A stretch of 53,957 nucleotides of DNA, counting the filler, from Catajapyx aquilonaris (lineage: Eukaryota): assembly GCA_000934665.2 (NCBI GenBank). It is 2 parts of 2 records of this genome, joined end to end, with 100 filler letters (N's around TTAATTAATTAA, not from the genome) between each part and the next. Parts side by side here need not be neighbours in the genome. Positions count along the whole stretch, not along the records: positions 27,042 to 53,957 come from JYFJ02005138.1; 1 more part is not named here. The stretch is one strand, 5' to 3'. The position numbers were made by a program, and so were the translations under genes. This document shows positions 48,431 through 53,957 of this stretch, one piece after another (within the stretch, counting starts at the first letter, position 1; every line of letters starts with the position of its first letter). Under the pieces are notes generated by a model. It was given only the letters and a program-made list of their open reading frames with translations, was not told the DNA's origin and ran no database searches.

Positions 48431-49119
48431 GCTACTTCCGAGATTCGAGAATGTAATCAAAACTGTTAAATTGGCACGGAAATTCCAAGAATTCTCGAAT
48501 ATCTTAGTCACTTTTTTTCTGCCAGTAGAGATGGTAGTTTGGACACCATCTTATACGCAACAGTGCGTAAGAAGAAGGTCCGTTTCGGAACCTTGGCCAC
48601 ACGAACAAAACGATCTGAACTTTTGTGGCTCACCCGGAGAATATTGACCGTGACGTAGGTACACAACTTAACCGCCTATTTGTCATGCGTCCCTGCGGTG
48701 CTGTGCTGCACACACCGAATACGTGTATCATTTATTCATCTTAATCCGCTTTTCATTGATCTGCATGCACTCTTCAGATGCTCATTAATTCATAACTATC
48801 CATAATTCATACCTTGGTCAGTTTGATTCGTGGCATTAATTGGATGTGCCGTCGCACTAGAGGGACTAGTGTACCTGTACGTTGTAGTTAACGTTACAGG
48901 TGTACTGCGAGATATAGCAAAATCATCAGTTTATCAAATTAAGCATTATTTTCAGAAATTAATAAAAAGTACTCACATGTGTCTATCGTATGATACAATA
49001 GTCTCCCTCGCATCCGGAAGATAGTTGTTCTGAGTTTCTGGTTGGAGAGACACTCCAATCAAGCCGGCAGCAATTAGCAAAACGGCGACGAAGAATAGTT
49101 GATGCGCTTTCCGTGACAT
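47060..49119 (-). CDS. WSCD-family (sialate:O-sulfotransferase-like) Golgi type II sulfotransferase
   Basis: N-terminal signal anchor [23 protein letters not shown]; 5'-PAPS-binding [52 protein letters not shown]; final exon [15 protein letters not shown]...KNQS*. Approximate exons 49119-48977, ~48900-48812 (uncertain), 48338-48104, ~47983-47744, 47648-47408, 47189-47060. Confidence 0.85.
48362..48430. repeat. (AAT)n microsatellite
   Basis: ~23 perfect ATA/AAT units, intronic. Confidence 0.97.
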
Positions 49120-50079
49120 ATGACCCGATTCACATCCGTCACTGAAAAACAGCCCAAAAGCGAGCGATATGATTGAGCACAACAATGAGTGTTTCAGGGC
49201 AGAATTGTGCTTTCTGGCTCGGTGCATGTCACGTAGTGTGGAGTGTATGTGTTACAAGCCTCGCTCATTTCATGCTACCATGGGATTATCACGATAAAAT
49301 CAGCACATGTGTTGGCATGCTGCACAAGTTTTTCGTATAACTGGTGCCACTATGTCAGGTAGGGGTAAACAAGCGTATACCGGTCAGTAAGCTGTTGAAG
49401 GGGGGTCAGCACACAGAAAAAACGTTATTTCACAGATAATTACGAATCAGCAGTGTGCTGTTATTCTATTGTTGCATTTTGCCAGGATAATCAGGTCAGC
49501 TAAGTACTTTGAAATAATTATTTTGGTATCCAATAGCAAGCAAGATAATACTATATCTACACAATACAAGACTACAAGTACAGTAAATAAAATGAGAGAC
49601 CTACCAACATGCTAGATCCGACTCCGACTCCAAATGAAGCCAATACAGGAGGATCCGAAAAGAACGTCCGAAGTGTCACGCATGTTGAGCCACAAGGGAG
49701 CAGCCAACTGCACATTTCCGTCAGTGTTGCCTGCTTGGGTTCCTCGGCGAAACGGTTTCCCAGGAGTGGGAGGAGAGTTGGGAGGGAACCAGGGGGGTAG
49801 GAGGTGTGTGTGTGCAGTATGACTAGACAGCATTATTTACCGCAAGACCATAAAAATTGTTTCAGCTCTAAAGGCCTCATAACTCTCATAAGGTGCCTGC
49901 TTGGCACGCGAGGCACATGCCCATAAACATTTCAAGAACGAAATATGTGCACCACACACATGGGCCGATTGGTGTTGTTGGTGTTGTTCAATCGGCTGAC
50001 TTCTGTGCACTGCACCATTCCCGATCCAAAACTCGCAAATTTTCGAGTATCTTGATTTTATGACGGGCGATGAATAAGA

Positions 50080-50151
50080 AGCAGAGTGGCGCAGTGGAAG
50101 CGTGCTGGGCCCATAACCCAGAGGTCCGTGGATCGAAACCACGCTCTGCTA
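50080..50151 (+). tRNA. Initiator tRNA-Met (CAT)
   Basis: AGCAGAGTGGCGCAGTGGAAGCGTGCTGGGCCCATAACCCAGAGGTCCGTGGATCGAAACCACGCTCTGCTA: A1:U72 pair, anticodon arm CTGGG-CCCATAA-CCCAG, GATCGAAA T-loop diagnostic of eukaryotic initiator; T7 Pol III terminator at ~50162-50168. Confidence 0.97.
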
Positions 50152-50411
50152 TAAGGTGATCTTTTTTTCATTCTTTTATTGGAGCAAGATTTACTTCCTT
50201 ACATGGGAAATGCCTTTTACGCTTCTAAATACGAGTAGCCTATAGTTGCCTGTACACTTAGGGCGGTACCGGTACCGGACCTGAATAAGGTCTGGTGTAC
50301 CCTAAGTGTACAGCCAACTGTAGGCTACTCGTATTTAGAAGCGTAAAAGGCACTCCCCATGTAAGGAAGTAAATCTTGCTCCAATAAAATAATGAAAAAA
50401 AGATCATCTTA

Positions 50412-50483
50412 TAGCAGAGCGTGGTTTCGATCCACGGACCTCTGGGTTATGGGCCCAGCACGCTTCCACTGCGCCACTCTGCT
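50412..50483 (-). tRNA. Initiator tRNA-Met (CAT), second identical copy
   Basis: Exact reverse complement of 50080-50151, with its own T-run terminator (A-run at ~50395-50401 on +). Confidence 0.97.
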
Positions 50484-51868
50484 TCTTATCCATCTCTCCT
50501 CATAAAACAAAGATACTCGAAAATTTGTAAGCCAATTTTTATTGGGGAAAATTATTCTTTGTAAGCCAAATATTTGTAGCCCCCCCAGATGGTATTTTCA
50601 CATTCTCGTGGTGGTGTTGCGTTTCTCCCGCGACCCCAATAGCTACGCCGGCGGTCGCTTCGTCTATTGGTAGGGACACCTAAAGTCGGACAGGTATTTG
50701 GGATAGGAGACAGACTAAGAGCGATCATTTGAATATGCCTGGCCACCGCTGCTGGTCATCCTGGCGACCTTTAGACCAGTTTTTCTCTCTAAAAATGAGC
50801 GCCATCTCCGCGCCAACAACAAGGGAATGCAGCGCAGCTCCACCTCTCTACCAGAAGAGAAAGTGTCTGCGGCTGTCTGTCGCGACACACTTCCATTAGA
50901 GGCGGCCAGATGTCGCCCGCTTACAGTCCCCGGATCCTCCTCCCAATTTCTTTCCCCCTGGCCCCTGCTGACTGAATATGAAAACAGTGGCGGACCGTTA
51001 CGGTGTCTGACTGACGAGGTTTCTCGCTCCGGTGCACGGTGCAGGCAGGCCCCCTGCTGTCTGCCCCTTGCCCGCGATACCAGGGGGAGTCTCCCTGGCA
51101 CCACCATCGTGCCTTCAGACGGACTCGCCCTGGCTGGCAGTGGCAGAGCGAAAAGGTACGTACAACTCGACTACGGGACCAGTCTGCAAGGGTACATGTG
51201 ACCTGTGTTGTCGTTTCCTGGCGATGGACACGTATCAACAGTATTGTTGGCGGAGCAAGGGGACAGGATGAGATAAATTTTGCGGTCTTTCGCCCCAATA
51301 CGTATTGTGGACACCACTCTTGCAAATTTTCATCAGGTGGGTCTGACCATATATGGCAAGGGGGGCGGATATGTTGCACTTTAGTTCATGCATGGCTGGG
51401 AGGACGGTGGATTTGGGCACAGGCTTGGCATATTGCAATTTCGCTCCAAGACTGAAATGTCATGCGAGGCTGTCGGTTGGCAAAAGGGTTGTATTGTACA
51501 TAGACTATTTTGTCAACACCATGATGGTTGACCAGGATTTTCCCATGTGTCATAAGGCTATTTTTGGCAAATATATGATTTTGTTTGCACACAGTTACAG
51601 AATACGGACACATTTTATGTGGAAAATGACTAGTGCGTTGCGTAGTCCTAAGCCCAAGATGGGTACTACACAGGCAGTTTGGTGGGGAAATACCAAGCAG
51701 ACTTCTTTAATGCAATGAACATCTGTTCCAACAGCAGCGTTGATAGGGTGTTGAACAATAGGCTTAAGAATGTCAGGTATAGGCCTGGTGGAGGTGATGT
51801 GAAAGGAATGTCGGGGTACATTGAATGTAGTGATGAGTGAGTCAGGAAGGATCTGTTATACCTTTTAA

Positions 51869-52002
51869 CCCCTTCATTACCACATAGACCCGAACCACAT
51901 AGATTTTGGATTACGCGGACTCCGAAGATATGAACAAGATATTTCACAAATAATAATAGCTATACTTATCACGTGGTTCGGGCGTATCGGGTAGCGAAGG
52001 GG
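51869..52002. mobile_element. piggyBac-like MITE
   Basis: TTAA|CCCCTTCATTACC ... GGTAGCGAAGGGG|TTAA, with the inverted repeat extending to CCCGAACCAC / GTGGTTCGGG. Confidence 0.75.
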
Positions 52003-53957
52003 TTAAGCTGTACAATGTACAATTATTGGAGAATTAGTGGATAAGTAGGAGAAGGTTAGGTTCTAAGAAGCCAACCTAACATACTACCTACATTTCATAA
52101 AGTATTTCTCTATAAGTATCATCATGTTGTCACCGTTTCTTTAATGACTGTTTGCTAGGTCCGAACCGTCTTGAAGCCTTAGCTTACTCATGTTTTTCAA
52201 CAAGTTTCCCAAGAAGAGATCTGCTTTTAACCCTCTCATTTGTGTGACATTGCCTGAGCCTGTCCTGTTCTAAGAGATATTTAGATTGTGAGAAATGCTG
52301 ACTTAATTCCTATCCTATGGGAGATATTTAAAGTGTGCTCTTACAGAGAAAAGGGAATTTTCTCCTGTCAAGTAATGGGGTTTCTGTATGGCTTTTAAAA
52401 AATACAGTACTTTTCTTGCATCATAAAACATCACAATAATTTTGAAACAACAAGAGGTTGCAAAAAAAAAAAAAAGCCTGAAAATTGTCTGTTAGCATTT
52501 TTGTCCGCCAAAAATCAAAATCCCACAAAACATTGAACCGTAGGCGACACATTCAGTTATCGTAGTTATGGTGTTATGCAATAGAAGTGCACCACTGTAC
52601 AACTTCATTTTAGTAAGTTGCAGTGATTTATAATAAATTCCCGATATCAAGGCTGCCAAATTGATAATTTAAAGAGCAGCAAAGTACTAGATGAGGGCAT
52701 GCTACATGGTGTCAGTGTAACATGATGACACTGACGTTTTTACTTTGTGGAAGTACAGTAATTATTATGAGTGTAAGACACACACTTGCTTGGGGTGAAA
52801 CTAAAATGTAACTTATGTATGAATTTTGAGGCAGCCCTTGAGTTCTGCTGTATTCCCTTATTAGTTAAATGTAGCTGTAAACTTCCAGCTACGTACCGCC
52901 CTCCGAAGCCGACCAGGGAATTATTTCCTTGCAAGCACGATGCGTAGAATAACCTTTTGTGTTTTGAGAAGCTGCATTTTATGGACTATATGCCTTGCGG
53001 GAGGAGCAATGAGTTTATGCACAGTGCAAAACCCTGATAGGATCAACCTGGTGCTGTTAGCTGAGCAGGAATAACAATGCATCTCCATTGACACAGTTAC
53101 AGTCCTTTTGTTGTGCGCTTATCATGATAGACATATATCTCAGTTCCCCGAGGAAGCCTTTCTGATAGTTTTGAAAGATGAACTTTATGACTTCCCTTTT
53201 GATCCACCTGCTAACGAACTCTACAACAGTTCGTTAGGTACTTGAACTTGTTGACTTTTAAGTGGTTCGTAGCAAATACAAGGCACTTGAGGAAGATTGC
53301 GAGGTAAGCCAATCAACTCCGCAAGTGTGTGGGTGGGAACAGAAGTTGTAATCAATAGGAGAACCGGAACACATCCAGTTACATTGCCAATCTATCTATG
53401 TATAGTCCAACACTGCTTCATGGATGGGCACATCATGTGCACCGTACTAGTGTGATGTATTTCTTGGGGGAAGGTTATCCGATATTTTTAATATATATTT
53501 CATTTTCAAGTCTTTCAACAATGCCCATGCAGTGCAGGCAGACATTATTATGAGTTGTTACGTTCCTGAAAATAGCGACCGATCAACAAGAATAACCGTA
53601 CAGTACCTCGAAGCCCATTCCAATCCTTTAGGCCATGACTAATTTAATGCCCCGCGCATGGCTATTTATTGCGTAAATAATTCTCCTCAACAGGAAGTTA
53701 ACCATTCAGTACGATTTTCCGTTGCAATTTTTAATGTTGCCGCCTACGACCCTCGGGATTTGCTCACATTTTTGTACTTGAAAACCCGCCATTTTTCCGG
53801 AAGCCTCTTCAACTTCCGTGACCAGCATTATTGAACTGTCCGAAATTGAGGGCATGTTCACCCGCCATTCGAAGTCCGTCCGGCTGAAAACAAAGTTTCC
53901 CGATCGCATTTTTTGGGAGGTCTATTTTTATATCTAGAAGACGGTGATCGGGGGGGG

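Larger units (their letters stand above)
50036..50527. repeat. Near-perfect palindrome (arms ~50036-50263 and ~50300-50527)
   Basis: CAAATTTTCGAGTATCT... pairs with ...AGATACTCGAAAATTTG; the inner ends TGTACACTTAGGG / CCCTAAGTGTACA enclose a ~36-nt spacer. Confidence 0.95.

Noticed and set aside
48247..48456. Poly-Asn protein ORF
   Set aside because: Translation of an intronic (AAT)n microsatellite.
50700..51720. Cluster of overlapping 80-150 aa ORFs in a GC-rich patch with a donor-like AAG|GTACGT at ~51155
   Set aside because: No recognisable domain; it could be a 5' exon or a repeat, and this is undecidable without transcripts.
53100..53909. Possible small minus-strand gene (AAAATGGCG start near 53793) and a 10-bp hairpin at ~53211-53237
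   Set aside because: No consistent exon chain or recognisable peptide could be built, and the region is at the window edge.

Overview
Eukaryotic, most likely arthropod, genomic DNA: multi-exon GT-AG genes, short introns and dense MITE/SINE content. It consists of two segments joined by an artificial 100-nt spacer (N44-TTAATTAATTAA-N44, 26942-27041). The left segment holds a nested transposon cluster (~0.1-5.5 kb), an ATRX/XNP-like SNF2 helicase gene with no visible ADD domain (+, ~5.8-16.9 kb), a second MITE cluster, a BC-box/LRR gene (+, 21.5-23.4 kb) and a convergent clan-3 cytochrome P450 (-, 23.6-25.9 kb). The right segment holds a 5'-incomplete CAPS/CADPS gene (+, 28.6-43.2 kb), a WSCD-type sulfotransferase gene (-, 47.1-49.1 kb) and a ~490-bp palindrome carrying two identical, convergent initiator tRNA-Met genes. 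The strongest candidates for follow-up are the tRNA-iMet palindrome, a duplicated alternative terminal exon and microexons in CAPS, and the ADD-less ATRX-like gene. All calls come from manual reading without database searches. Exon boundaries are approximate unless stated, and I cannot claim a wholly new biological system from sequence alone.
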